A stretch of 64,000 nt of DNA from Cyanophora paradoxa CCMP329 (lineage: Eukaryota; Plantae; Glaucophyta), in contig QPMI01000615.1 of NCBI GenBank assembly GCA_004431415.1, positions 62,001 through 126,000 on the forward strand, given 5' to 3'. The notes under the pieces are model-generated. The model had not been told where the DNA came from. It did no database searches and worked only from the letters and a program-made list of their open reading frames with translations. This document shows positions 27,243 through 42,177 of the stretch, in pieces. A program made the translations under genes and the position numbers. Positions within the stretch are counted from its first letter, which is position 1. Every line of letters begins with the position of its first letter.

Positions 27243-27978
27243 TACCGGTGACCGCCGCCCATCTTTTTTCTTGCGCCCCTCTCTTTTTGGCGCCAGTTTT
27301 ATGTAGGCAAGTGCAATGCATGTTAACGTTTTTAACTGGACCATGATAGATGCCAGGGCACTGGGAGGGATGGCTAGCGTCTACATGCATTCGCGACACA
27401 TGATGTCAGCTACTAGGGCTAGCTAGATAGTTGATCAATTCTAACAAATTTAAAAGGGGCCCGCCGGGCCGAGGTCTCAGAGTCTGCACTAGCTATGGCC
27501 TATTAGCTAACTTAGTAAATCCGACGGCCGCGGCTCGAGTCCAACGTCAACCCCGGGCCGGGGCCCGGGCCCCGTCCAGCCCGTCTAACCGTGAACTTTC
27601 CTAGTTAACTTTTCATAGTATATAATTAGTAAATCAATTGCAAGCCAAGTTCCAACTGCAGCTCGAGCTCAGCGGCTGGCAAATTCAGTGCTGCATGCGC
27701 AGTGCATGGCATGCGCACGTGGCAATCATTTGGATCTCATATCAAAGCCTTGCCAAGTTGAACTTCGGAAGCCCAACGCCATGCAAACCCCTCAGATTAA
27801 AGTCCAACGTATACCTCGGCGGCCGGGCACGCCGTGTGTGATGGATGGCCCGTCCAACCGCAGATCAAGGTCCAGCCTCAATTGCAAGTCAAAAGTCTAA
27901 CCCCCGTCCGACGGTCCAACCCGTTCAACCTCAGCAGCCTTGCTCGTAATTGCAATCGAAATCGAAATATTCTGCGTC

Positions 27979-30049
27979 TTATTCTCCTCCGGAGGTTTCG
28001 CCGCCGAGCGTGCTTGTGCCATCCCCAACCAGCGTCGTGGCCTGTGCCTTGCCGTCCGCGATGAGGCCCTGCATCTCGAGCGGGGTGGGGAGGTAGCGGT
28101 ACGTGCTGGAGGCGCCGGTCAACTCCTCTTGCAGCATCCATGAGCGCGACTGTGCCCTTCGAAAAGCCCGCCTCTGCGTGTGCAAGTACTGCTGCAGCAG
28201 CTGCCACTTTATCGCCCTGCGCGGTGCGAGATCGTCCGAGGGGCCTGTCGCATATGCATGCTCTGTGTGCGCACTCTGGGATCGAAGATAATACTGAGGC
28301 ACGCCTGCGCACTATGTATCAGCGAGGGCTTGTTCATGATTGAACGCACCCGCACCGCTTGGGCTTCTTAACTTGGTGCAGCGACGAGGGCTTCTTCGGC
28401 TTTCCCTGCGCGCCGCCTCAAAAGCGAGCTCTGACGGATCGATCTCCGGGACTTGGGGCGCAAAATGCGTTGGGGCGCACTTTGTCCTTCTCAGCTGACC
28501 CCTTCTCGGGCTCCTTCACCCCCTTCGACTCCGTCTCCGCAACGCATCGGTCCCACAGCTTTCTGCATCGCCCCGCGTCGGCCGCCTGCGGGCTGCAAGG
28601 TACGGTAGCCGCTGCGTCGCGCGCACCCGAGGGCCGCGAGGCGCGCCCGATGCACGGAGAGGAACGCTCGGACGTACTTCTGGCACCTCCGCACTGCGCA
28701 AAAATGGGGTGAAGCGCCGATCGGTGCCCCGCGGGCGCAGGGGAGGGGCGGCGCACCCTGGAAGTGGAATCGCTTGACGAGTAGAATGACAGCGCGCTGC
28801 TGCCCCAGGCTCTTGAGGAAGCTCTTGACGATCTGCCGGCCCCGCCAGCGTGAGCCCGCCGGACGCCGGAAGGCGCCTCGCGTCGCCTGGCGCACCTCGA
28901 CGGCCTCGCCCCGGCGCCGAGCCCGGAAGCGGAGGAGGTAATTGTAGAACGGCTGCCGGATGACGCGGTACGCCTGCGCGAAGACGAGCATGCGGAGGCG
29001 CGCCGCTCGCGGTCGCCACCATTTCTGCCCGCCCGAGATCGGCCGGCGGCCAAACGCACCACGGGGCCGCCGTCCCTCTCACCTGGATTTTGCGCGCCGC
29101 GTCACCGCGCGTCTTGTTCATCTCGCGCACATCCCTCCCCCGCACGACCTGAGCGCTTAAGCGGTCGTACGGATCGAAGCGCTTGGCGCCAAGCGCACCT
29201 CGGACCACCACCTGGAAACCCTTATTGCGTGGACCATAAGGGTCAGCCAGCGCTTTTGCGTGTCTTGCTGCGTTGTAGTGTCAGCAAAGAGTCGGGCGGC
29301 CGGCAGCAGGCCGGGGCGCGCACGATGTGCTCGCGGGCCCGGGCCTCTTCGGCGGCGCGCTGCGCCCGGATCTCGAGCTCGGCCTCGCGCAGGCGCGCCG
29401 CGTCCCGCCGCGCGTCGAGCTCCGCCTGCAGCCTCGCCCGCCGCTCGGCCGCCAGCTCTTGCCTCCGCACCTCCATCGCGTTCTGGTCGCGGTCAGGATG
29501 ACCACAATCTACCACACTCATTTCCGGCGCACTAGCTCCTCGTATCTCCGCATGCGCTCCGCCAGGGTGGCCCCCATTGCGCGCCTCTCTCTCACGGCCT
29601 CAGCGGCCGCCCCCACCGCCCGGCGCTGCTCCTTGACCGCGTTCTGGAGGGCCGCCAGCTCGTCCGAGTTCTGCCGCAGGTGCTCCAGCTTTTTCCGCAG
29701 CAGGTCTCCGGTGCTCAGCCTCTGCGCGCTGGCGCCCGTCCCTGCGAGCAAGTCGAAAGCGCGCCGGGACAGGGGGCTGCCCGCGCGCGCGGTCACCAGA
29801 GCTTGTCGTCGGTCGCGGCCTTGCCCGGCGCTTGTCCACACCGTCGACGAGGCCTCCGCTCGTCGCAGGCCGTTCGGCGCGCGGGCCACGGAGATTGGGC
29901 GTCGACTGAGCGCCTGTGAGCGACGGAGAGCCACGGAAGGCGTTGATCAAAGTCTGTATGTCGCGGTACGTGGCATCGAAGTCTGGCGCTGGCTTGTCGG
30001 CCTTGAGGTTTCCACTACTCAGAATGCCGACGCCCTTTGACTTCTCCAT
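27979..30049 (-). CDS. Hypothetical coiled-coil protein with IQ-like motifs
   Basis: Spliceable exons with A/R/E coiled coils, AARKIQ and VRRCQKYVRAFL segments; boundaries approximate. Confidence 0.5.
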
Positions 30050-30401
30050 TTCCTGTGCGCAGGCAGCTGCACCGCTCAACTTGCGGCTCAAGGCTCCAAT
30101 CTGGACCGGGGCGGCGATGGGCTCAGCATGCCACTGCAGCGTTCAATCTAGCTGCAGTCTCTCAAGGTCACTCAAGGCTGCAGTCTCAGGCTCTCAGCCT
30201 TGAGGACTCTAGCTGCGTGGGAACTTCTGCCTGAGCGGATAAGCGATGGGCAGGCGTTGTACCCCACAAGCTGGTTTGTCAAAGTTCGACCGATCACGAG
30301 CCCCTCGCTCTCCAAAAGATCGAGCCCATCGGACGACCAGCACGACCCAGACCTGAGCGAGGCCTCGCGAGATCAGCGCCTCGCAAGCGCCAGCGCTCGA
30401 C

Positions 30402-33400
30402 ATGCACAGCCACCGCAGCGAGTTCAAGCAGCAGAACAAGACGCACAAGGCGACCCATGCGTCGAATCGCGTGCTTAACGAGAAGGCCCGGGGTGCGCTG
30501 CGTTCACGATCGCCGCGAGCCAAACTGACCCCCCGGCGCGTACAGGCAAGGTCGAGCGCGTTCATCGCGCTCCCGTAAAGTCTGCATCCAAAGCCGCGGC
30601 GTTGCACAAGAAGAACCGCGTCAATCACGCCAAGCAAGTCGCGCAGCAGAAACGCTCGGCGACGCTCGCGAAGAACAGGGCCGAGGGTCGCCCGCCTAAA
30701 TGCGTGGTAATCGCCGCTTCTCTTCAAAGCTCGCGCATTGTTGTGTTCACTGCCGCGCAGGCGCTCATCGCGCTCACGGACGATGCGGACCTTGATCTTG
30801 CGCACACGTTGCTGCTGAACGAGTGCGGCGTGGAGACGCTTGTCGTTCCCGAGACACCAGTCACATGCAGGTACAGCCGAGCTTGTCGCCCGGGCTCGCT
30901 TTCCTGCCTTGACCGGTTGGCAGGCTCCCCGGCGAAAAGCAGCGCGTTACGATCATCAAGTGCCGGCGTGATTTCGCAGTGATGCTCGACGCGGCGAAAG
31001 TGGCGGACACTCTCTTCTTTGTTCTTCGCGCCAACTCGGAGCCGGACTTCATCGGGCAGACCGCAGTCAGCATCTTGCGCGCCCAGGGCCTTCCGCACGT
31101 TATGGGCTTCCTACAGGTGCGCCCGCGCGCCTCCCGTCTGCGCTCAGCAATCAGCCGGCTCACGGCACCGCCGCTGCAGGGCCTGGACGACGTCGCCCCG
31201 AAGCACAGGAACGAGGTCCGGCGCGCGCACGCCCTCTACCTGGAGCAGCAGTTCTCGGGCGAGTGCAAGCTCCTCCTCCTCGACACGCCCGCTGTGCGCC
31301 TGCGCGTGCATCCGCGGCCCCGCCCCCGCCCGCCGCGCCTCGCTGGCCGGCGAGCGAACGCCCGGCGCAGCACGCGAAGCAGGCGGTGCGGGCCGTGTCG
31401 ACCTCCAAGATCAAGGAGCTCGCATTCCGGCACGAGCGGGCGCACCTCCTCGCCGAGCGCGTCGAGTTCGAGCCCCAGGCGTCGTCTTCGCAGGTCAGTG
31501 CGGGGCCCCCCGCTTTCGCCCTGACCCGGCCGGCGCTCTTCCTCGCTGAGGCTCGAGAGCAGGGCACGCTGCGGATCTCGGGATACGTGCGCGGGGGGCG
31601 GTTAAGCGCGAACCAGCTGGTCCACATCTCGGGCGTAGGGACCTTTCAGCTCGGCCAAATCGACGGGCCCGCCGACCCCGTGCCGACCAGCCACCAGGTC
31701 GAGGGCATGGTGCGGCCCGTCCCCTCGGCTCGCGCGGCGGACGCTGGGGCTGAAGGCGGGGCGGCAGGAGGGGGCGTCGACGGTGCTGGACAGGCCGGAC
31801 GCGGAGAAGCAGGAGCCGCTGGCGTCGGAGGCAGCGGTGGACCCGATGGCAAACGAGCAGACGTGGCCCTCGGAGGAGGAGATCGCCAAGGCGTCGGCGG
31901 GGAGGCGGCGGGTGATCAAGCGCCTCGCGAGGGGCATGTCGGACTACCAGGCCTGCTGGATCCCCGACGAGCTCTCCGAGGGCGAGGAGGCGGAGGCGAG
32001 CGACGCCGGCGACGGCCACGACGACGCGAGGATGAGCGACGCCGGCAGCGACGCGAAGCGCAGCGATGGCGAGCCCTGACACCCGCCCGCCCGCCCGCCC
32101 GCCCCGCCCCGCCCCGGCCGCGGCGACCGATTAACGCGCCCGCCAGACGCGATGGAAGCCGAGGACGGGGGCGGGGGCGACGCGGCGAGCGCCGATGACG
32201 ACAACGACGAGTACAAGGACAAGGACGACAACCGGTGCGCCGCGCCGCCTCGCGATGGATCTCCCCGGCGAGGCCCCAATTGGATAGCATATGATGTATA
32301 CCACGTAAGGGAGTCGGCCGAAACGGCCGCTCGCTGACCGAACAACTATTCTTTTGTCACTACCACTGATCGCGATCCCCTTGCTTGACGCCCGCATGCC
32401 CTCCTGCGAGCGCGGGCCGCCCCCGACCCCCTTGGCAGGGTAGAGCTGGACCCGGACGTGCAGCTGGTACCCGACCACGTCCAGGTCCGCCCCGCGCCCT
32501 TCGCGCGGTTCCGCCGGCCTCGCCGAGCAAGCCCTGTCGCAGTTCGACGTGGAGACGCAGGCGCGGATGCGGTTCGGGCGGTACCGCGGCCTGAAGAGCA
32601 TGCGGTCGTCGCCGTGGGACCCGAAGGAGAACCTGCCGCTGGACTTCGGCCGCATCTTCCACTTCGAGCACTTCAGCAGGACGCGGCAGCACGCGCTCAA
32701 GCTGGCGCAGGAGCACATCGTGCCCGCGGGGACGTGGGTGACGCTGCACGTCGCCGACTTCCCCGCGGCGCGCGTGGCGGAGCTGGACCTGAGGCGGGGC
32801 CCCGTCGTCGTGGGGGCCCTCCTCCAGCACGAGAACCGCACCTCCGTCCTCAACTTCCTCGTCACCAAGGTGCCCCCGCCCGCTCGCCGTCCCCCGCTCC
32901 CGCTCCGTCCCTCGCCCCTCCCCACGCCGCGCCGCCGGGGGCAGAGCCCCTCGTGCGACGCGCCCGTGCCGAACAAGGAGGTGCTCGAGGTCCATTGCGG
33001 CTGGCGCCGCTTTGACGCCTCGTGCCTGTTCTCCCAACATACGGTGCGCCGCGCCCACACCGCCCGCCCCGCCTCTCGCACCCTCCGATGCCTCGGCAGC
33101 CCAATGCGGACAAGCACAAGATGGAGAAGGAGCTGCCGGCGTCGGGCCACTCGGTGGTGACGGTCTTCGGGCCGATCACGTACCCGCCCTCGCCCGTGCT
33201 GCTGTTCAAGCGGGACGCGAGCGGCGTGCGGACCCTCGTCGCCTCCGGCTCCCTCAGCTCCGTCGACGCCGACCGCATCATCCTCAAGAAGGCTCGACCC
33301 CCCGCCCCCCCGCCCCCGCCTCCCTCCGGCCCGCGCTGAACCCCCCTCTCTGCCAGATCGTCCTTTGCGGGCACGTCTTCCGCATCCACAAGTCGCGCGC

Positions 33401-33746
33401 CGTCGTCAGGCATATGTTCTTCAACCCCGGTGCGCCGGGCCCTCCCCGCTGACCCCTCTCTTCTTCTGTGCCTGACCCCCCGTTTCAGAGGACATCAAGT
33501 GGTTCACGCCCGTGCAACTCTGGACGAAGAACGGCAGGATAGGGCACATCCGAGAGCCGCTCGGTAAGACCACGCGCCCTGCGATGCCGGAATCGTCTGC
33601 TGACGCGGCGCTGACCTCGATCGCGCGCAGGCACGCACGGCTACATGAAGTGCCAGTTCGACGCCCAGTTGCGGCAGGACGACGTCGTCTGCATGAGCCT
33701 CTACAAGCGGGTCTTCCCCAAGTGGCCCAAGCCAGCGGCCTCCTGA
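30402..33746 (+). CDS. TSR1: Pre-rRNA processing protein TSR1
   Basis: [94 protein letters not shown] and LYKRVFPKW. Confidence 0.95.
32282..32378 (+). ncRNA. Intronic box C/D snoRNA, SNORD70-like (predicted 18S rRNA Am512-equivalent guide)
   Basis: C-like box ATGATGT at 32291, D box CTGA at 32366-32369, guide TTGTCACTACC complementary to conserved SSU rRNA GGUAGUGACAA, terminal stem GGATAGC/GCGATCC; lies in an unusually long, lower-GC intron. Confidence 0.8.
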
Positions 33747-34278
33747 GTCTGCGCCGGCGGATTGCAGCTCCGCTAGCGCTGAAGGCGGCTTCCACCCGGA
33801 ATGCTGCAGCTGCAGCAACTCTTTTTCAAAATGCGGTTTCAGATTTGAACAGTCTTGCGAAGTTTATGATCAGTGTAGGACTAGCCTAGTGAGCTCGAGG
33901 TATATATTCTGTATGCCATGATGCCTAGCGAATGAGAGGTCGCAATCGACTCTCAGTCTCATCAGAGTCTTACTGCGCATGCATGGCCCGCGGCCGCGGG
34001 AAATTAAAGGGCGGGGGCTCGCGCTCACTGACTCGTGAGTCAAGGGGCTCCAAATTAACTAGTAAATTTCGCGCGTAATTGCACACAAGATTCCAGGCCT
34101 GGAAAGTTGATGAGCGCGCTAGCGCTAGCTATAGCGCGCGCTGTGTGCAAGCTTAAATTTAAAGGCCGCCGGGCCGGATTAAATATTCGATTTGCAATTT
34201 GGAAGGAATGAAGGGAACGTCTTCGGGGTACAGTCACTGAATCAGGTTCGGCTCGAGTCGGCGGTCCCGGAATCAGCC

Positions 34279-35698
34279 ATGGGCAAGTTCGACAACATCC
34301 TTGACACTATCGGCAACACGCCGCATGTGCGCTCGCCCGACGTCGGCCGAATTGGCCCAGTTAGAGAAGGATTAACGTCGAGCCGCCGCTCGCTGCGCGC
34401 AGGTGAAGATCAACCGGCTGTATGGAGACCGCCACAAGGTCTACATCAAGCTCGAGAAGTGCGCGCGATGACCGACTGTCGGACCGCTCGCTCACAAGCC
34501 TGCAGGACGAACCCGGGCTCGTCCATCAAGGACCGCATCGCGCTCAGCATGATCGAGGATGCGGAGAAGCGCGGCGTTCTCATCCCCGGCGTCTCCGAAA
34601 TCATTGAGCCGACCTCCGGTGCGACCCGGCGAGCGCCCCGCTCGCGCGCGGCGCGGCCTCTGACCTGAGGCCGTCTCCGGCGCGCAGGCAACACCGGCAT
34701 TGGTGAGGCGCCGGTGGGCGCGCGGCGGCCGGCGGCGCGGGGCGGCTGACGGCGTGAGCACGCAGGCCTGGCGCTGGTGGCGGCGGTGAAGCGCTACCCG
34801 CTGACGCTGGTGATGCCGGAGTCGATGTCGATCGAGCGGCGGCGGATCATGGTCGCGTACGGCGCCAAGCTCGAGCTGACGCCCCGCGAGAAGGGCATGC
34901 CGGGCGCCATCGCCCGCGCCAAGGAGCTGGTGCCGCGGGCCCCGCTCGGGCCGGCGGGGGCGCGCGGGGCCGGCGGGGCTGACGGGGGGCGGGCAGCACG
35001 CGGAGAAGGCGAACTCGTTCATGCCGCAGCAGTTCGACAACCCGGCGAACGTGGCGGTGCACGTGACGACGACGGCGGAGGAGATCGCCCGCGACTTCCC
35101 CGAGGGCGTCGACTACCTCATCACCGGCGTCGGCACCGGTCCGCCCCCGCGCCCCGCCCCGCCCCGCCCCGCCGCCGCCGACCCTCGAGCTGGGACGGGG
35201 CGCAGGCGGCCACATCTCGGGCTGCGCCAAGGCCCTCAAGCAGAAGTTCCCGCACATCAAAGTCTTCGCCGTCGAGCCGGCCGCCTCGCCCGTCCTCTCC
35301 GGCGGTGCGCGGGGGCCGCCGGGGCGGGTCCCGGGGCGGGGCGCGGGCTGAGGCGGGGCGGGGCGGGGCGGGGCGCAGGGAAGCCCGGGCCGCACCCGAT
35401 CCAGGGGATCGGGGCGGGCTTCATCCCGCAGAACTGCCACACGGATCTGCTCGACGGGGCGATCCAGGTGACCAAGGAGGAGGCCTTCGAGTACGCCATC
35501 CGCGCCGCCAAGGAGGAGGGCATGTTCGTCGGCATCTCCTCGGGGGCCTCCCTCGCCGCCGTCGCCAAGAAGCTCCCCGAGATCCCCGCCGGCGCCACCG
35601 TCCTCACCTTCTGCTACGACACCGGCGAGCGCTACCTCTCCGTCGACGGCCTCTTCATCGCCGGCGACTCGGACATCCGCGTCGCTGGTGCCAAGTAG
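34279..35698 (+). CDS. cysK: Cysteine synthase / O-acetylserine (thiol)-lyase, copy 1
   Basis: [20 protein letters not shown] (PLP lysine), [43 protein letters not shown] and DTGERYLS. Confidence 0.95.
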
Positions 35699-36033
35699 AG
35701 TGCGAGAACCCCCCGGAGCAGTGCTTGTGTTTCAGCTACTAGATCGACCATATGAAGTTTAAGCCAAGCATTTGAACAGAATTGCTCGCAAACGCTACTG
35801 TATTATTGCGGAGCGTGAGAGCCGCCCTGTAATCCAGTGCATGCATATCCGTGCGTTTTCCCGGTGCGGCCTGACAGCTAGCGGCGCCAAAGCGGTATCG
35901 CGAAAAAGTGAGACGCTGTGCGATCCTGGGCTAGAGAAGCACCTACATTACAGCGTATCACGTAAATAACTGCAGAGCAACTTGCGAAAGCAATAAAGTA
36001 CATTGGAGCCGGCGGAGAGCGCGCGCGGGGCGC

Positions 36034-39233
<3,200 letters not shown>

Positions 39234-40121
39234 GTCTACGCGCTAAAAAGCACTGGGAATGCGGCTAAAAGAGACTGCGGGCCGCTCTGGACCTGGTTTT
39301 TGGAGTCCGGAGGGGTACAGGTATAAAGTGAAAGTGGGTGATCTACGTGTACGTACGTATACTTAGGCCTGGCCATGGCAGCGGCTATTGAATATGTCAT
39401 CATAGTATAGGGGATTAATATATATATTGCCAAATCAAGCCCTTGAAGCCTTGAATTCGAAGCTCTGCAGCTGATCCTAGGCCTTCGCAGCCACGGCACA
39501 AGCGCACGGCATGTAATCATAACACATGCGCATGTGTAGCAGAGGATTTCCCACAAGTACTTCGAAATCTCTTTTTTTTCTTATGTTTCTTTTCCACACC
39601 GTGACGGTTTTTTTCTCTAGATATATATCGATCTGCCAGGCTTGTTGTATGAATTACTGGTTCGGAATCGAAATCGAAGTCGTCCAACATCGTCGACATC
39701 CAATGTTGACGTTAATTATAACGTTAACCCATGCATGTGGCCATAAATATGTCGCCGAGTCGATGTCAGGCACTCTTTGGCACTTCCAAAGTTCCGAAGT
39801 TCTACTTCCGATTTATATATATATATTGCCAAGTTGCGATTCTCTGAAATAAAAGTTCTTCTGCTCCGGTCCACACGTGCACGAACGTTAACATTAACAC
39901 TGGACATGAGATTCGAATTCATCTGATGTTTCGCAGCATTATATTAATTGATCTCTCAGAGTCTGAATTGAATTCCGAATTTGAAGTTGACGTTCCGAAG
40001 TTCCGAATTCAAAGTTGACGTATACTAGACTAGTATAGCCCCAATTGCAAGCATGCCTGTGCATATGCATGCTTGAATGAATTTGCATGCTTGATCGAAT
40101 TTGCAATGTAATTTGCAATCG

Positions 40122-40459
40122 GTTAGGGATGAGAGCGTACTACGGTAACCTGGCCCGCGCGCAGGGACTAGTACTGGTGCCCTGATGGAAAAGGGAATTG
40201 GAGCCTATAGCTAGCTAGCGCTAGCTATAGCTGCGTATACTATATATGATACGTATATATACGTATATACGAGCTGATCATGACGTCGACTCCATGCGCA
40301 TGCACTGGGCCATGCAGTGAGCACTGCAGCTGGCGCTGCGCATGCGGCAGGCGCTTCGCGTCCACGCCAGTGCCGTAGCGGATGAAGATGCTCCTGCGAG
40401 AGGTTTGTGCGATCAGTACGATTATGACCACGATTAGGGGGCTAGGCCTAGGAGGCGAG
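40122..40459 (+). mobile_element. Degenerate internal fragment of family 1 element riddled with palindromic insertions
   Basis: Colinear blocks GGGATGAGAGCGTA, CTGGTGCCCTGATGGA, GGGAATTGGAGCCTA and GCAGGCGCTTCGCGTCCACG..GATGAAGATGCTCCTGCGAGAGG match 6398-6545. Confidence 0.85.
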
Positions 40460-40543
40460 TGCAGCTGGTCCCCCGCTCAGGTCCCGATCCCTGTACCCCG
40501 CCTCAGGTCCTGGGCCCCTGGCGCTCGGACTAGCGTTCCAACG

Positions 40544-42158
40544 ATGGCGACGGAGTTCCTGCGCCAAGTCCGCCAGCGCATGCCAGGCGCGGGCTACGGG
40601 GACTTCATGGCTTTGCATCGTGACTTCCTGCACGATCGGTACGGCCCTCCTGCGCATCCGCGCCCCGGCCGTAGAGCACTCGCACGTACATCATGCTATC
40701 TTGCGCACGTTTTCGAGCTCCCGGCCCTGCCCCGAGCAGTCTCGGGCCTGAGCTCCAGCGCGTCGCTGATCAGACCTCGCCCCCGACAGAATTGATGCGC
40801 CCGGCTTGGTCGATGCTATCGACAGATTGTTCAAGCATCAAAGGGATCTAGCTCGCGGCTTCCGTTCTCTGGTCCCGGGCTTGGAGAGACTCGTCCGCGA
40901 GCAACCGGAGCGCGAGCGTGATTCGCAGTCTGAGCAGCCGGCGACCCGGAGAGAGCAGGAGGCTGGACCTGGTCCTGTCGCCGTAAAAAAGCGGAAGCTC
41001 TCCGGCGCAGCCCTAGCCCGACACAGGCTCGCGGAGCGAAGGCGGCAGCTTCTGAAGCTTGGAATCGATCCAGCTACAGTTCCTGTAGGCAGTCTGAGCG
41101 ATTACGCATACAAGGAACCTCCTGCCGAAGACCCGGCACCAGTTGTTGCTCTGAAGAAGCCACGAATTGAGATCGACGCATCCCAATTGCAAACTACTGC
41201 AGGCCCATCATCGTCGACACCTCGTTCTCTCACTGCTTCTCCTGCTCCTGTCTCGGATTCGTCTGCACGCCGAGGTGCTCTAGTTTGCCTTTGTGAAAAA
41301 GCCGATTTCCTAATCGCAATCGTGGCTGCAGCGCCACCAACACTCTCTGCTCCCCCTCCGATCGCTGCATGCACGTCATGTGGGACGACCGACTCTGAAG
41401 AATGGCTGCGGGGCAACGGACACGACCTTTTCTGTGCAACGTGTGTCCCAAGTGGCAAGAGTGCAACTGGAAGTGCTGGCAAGGGTGCAGCTGGCAAGGG
41501 TGGTGGTGCTGCCGGCAAGGGTGGAGGCGCAACTGGCAAGGATGCAGGAGCAGCAAGTAATGGCACAACAGCTTCCGGAAAAGGCGCAGCTGGCAAAGGA
41601 GCCGGAGGTTCTGGCAAGGGAACAAGTGCAGGTGGGAAGGCTGCTGGTTCTGTCAAACAGGGTCGCAAGGCCAGTCTCTTCAGCGCCGTATTTTATGGTT
41701 GCACCTGACATGTATGCAATAGACTCCTTCAATCGACTCGTCCTCAAATGGTCTCAACTCTACAGGCAATGGCAGTGCAAGTCCTTCAACTTTGCAGGTT
41801 TACACTCCAGGAGCTTGAAAGCTTGATATTAAATCTCCGAGCTCATCATTCCGATCGTTCTCCACAGCAACGACGATTTATCAAGACTGCAAGCGATCTG
41901 GTTCGGTTTGCAGCAAGAGCTTCCATTGCTGGCTGCGACATATCTGATGACGAGACATTCGAGGGCTCGCCTGATTTGCAGTTTCCTCCAATCGCTTCAC
42001 CCTCGACGTCAGCAGTCTCGGCCCTTCTTTCAGTCGCCAATGCTTCAGTTGACACCGGTCTCACAACTGGCTCAAATCCAAGCCCTCGACAACAAGAAGC
42101 ATCCGATCTTGAGCGACACCACATGACTGGACAGGAGGTGGTGGAGCCAGTAGCATGA
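40544..42158 (+). CDS. Protein with N-terminal PAH (Sin3-type) domain, GATA-type zinc finger and Gly/Lys/Ala repeats
   Basis: FLRQVRQR..YGDFMAL..|IDAPGLVDAIDRLFKHQRDLARGFRSLVP (PAH-like); CTSC-x17-CATC with conserved W; GKGAAGKGGG repeats. Confidence 0.7.
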
Positions 42159-42177
42159 TGACGCAAATCAAACTACA

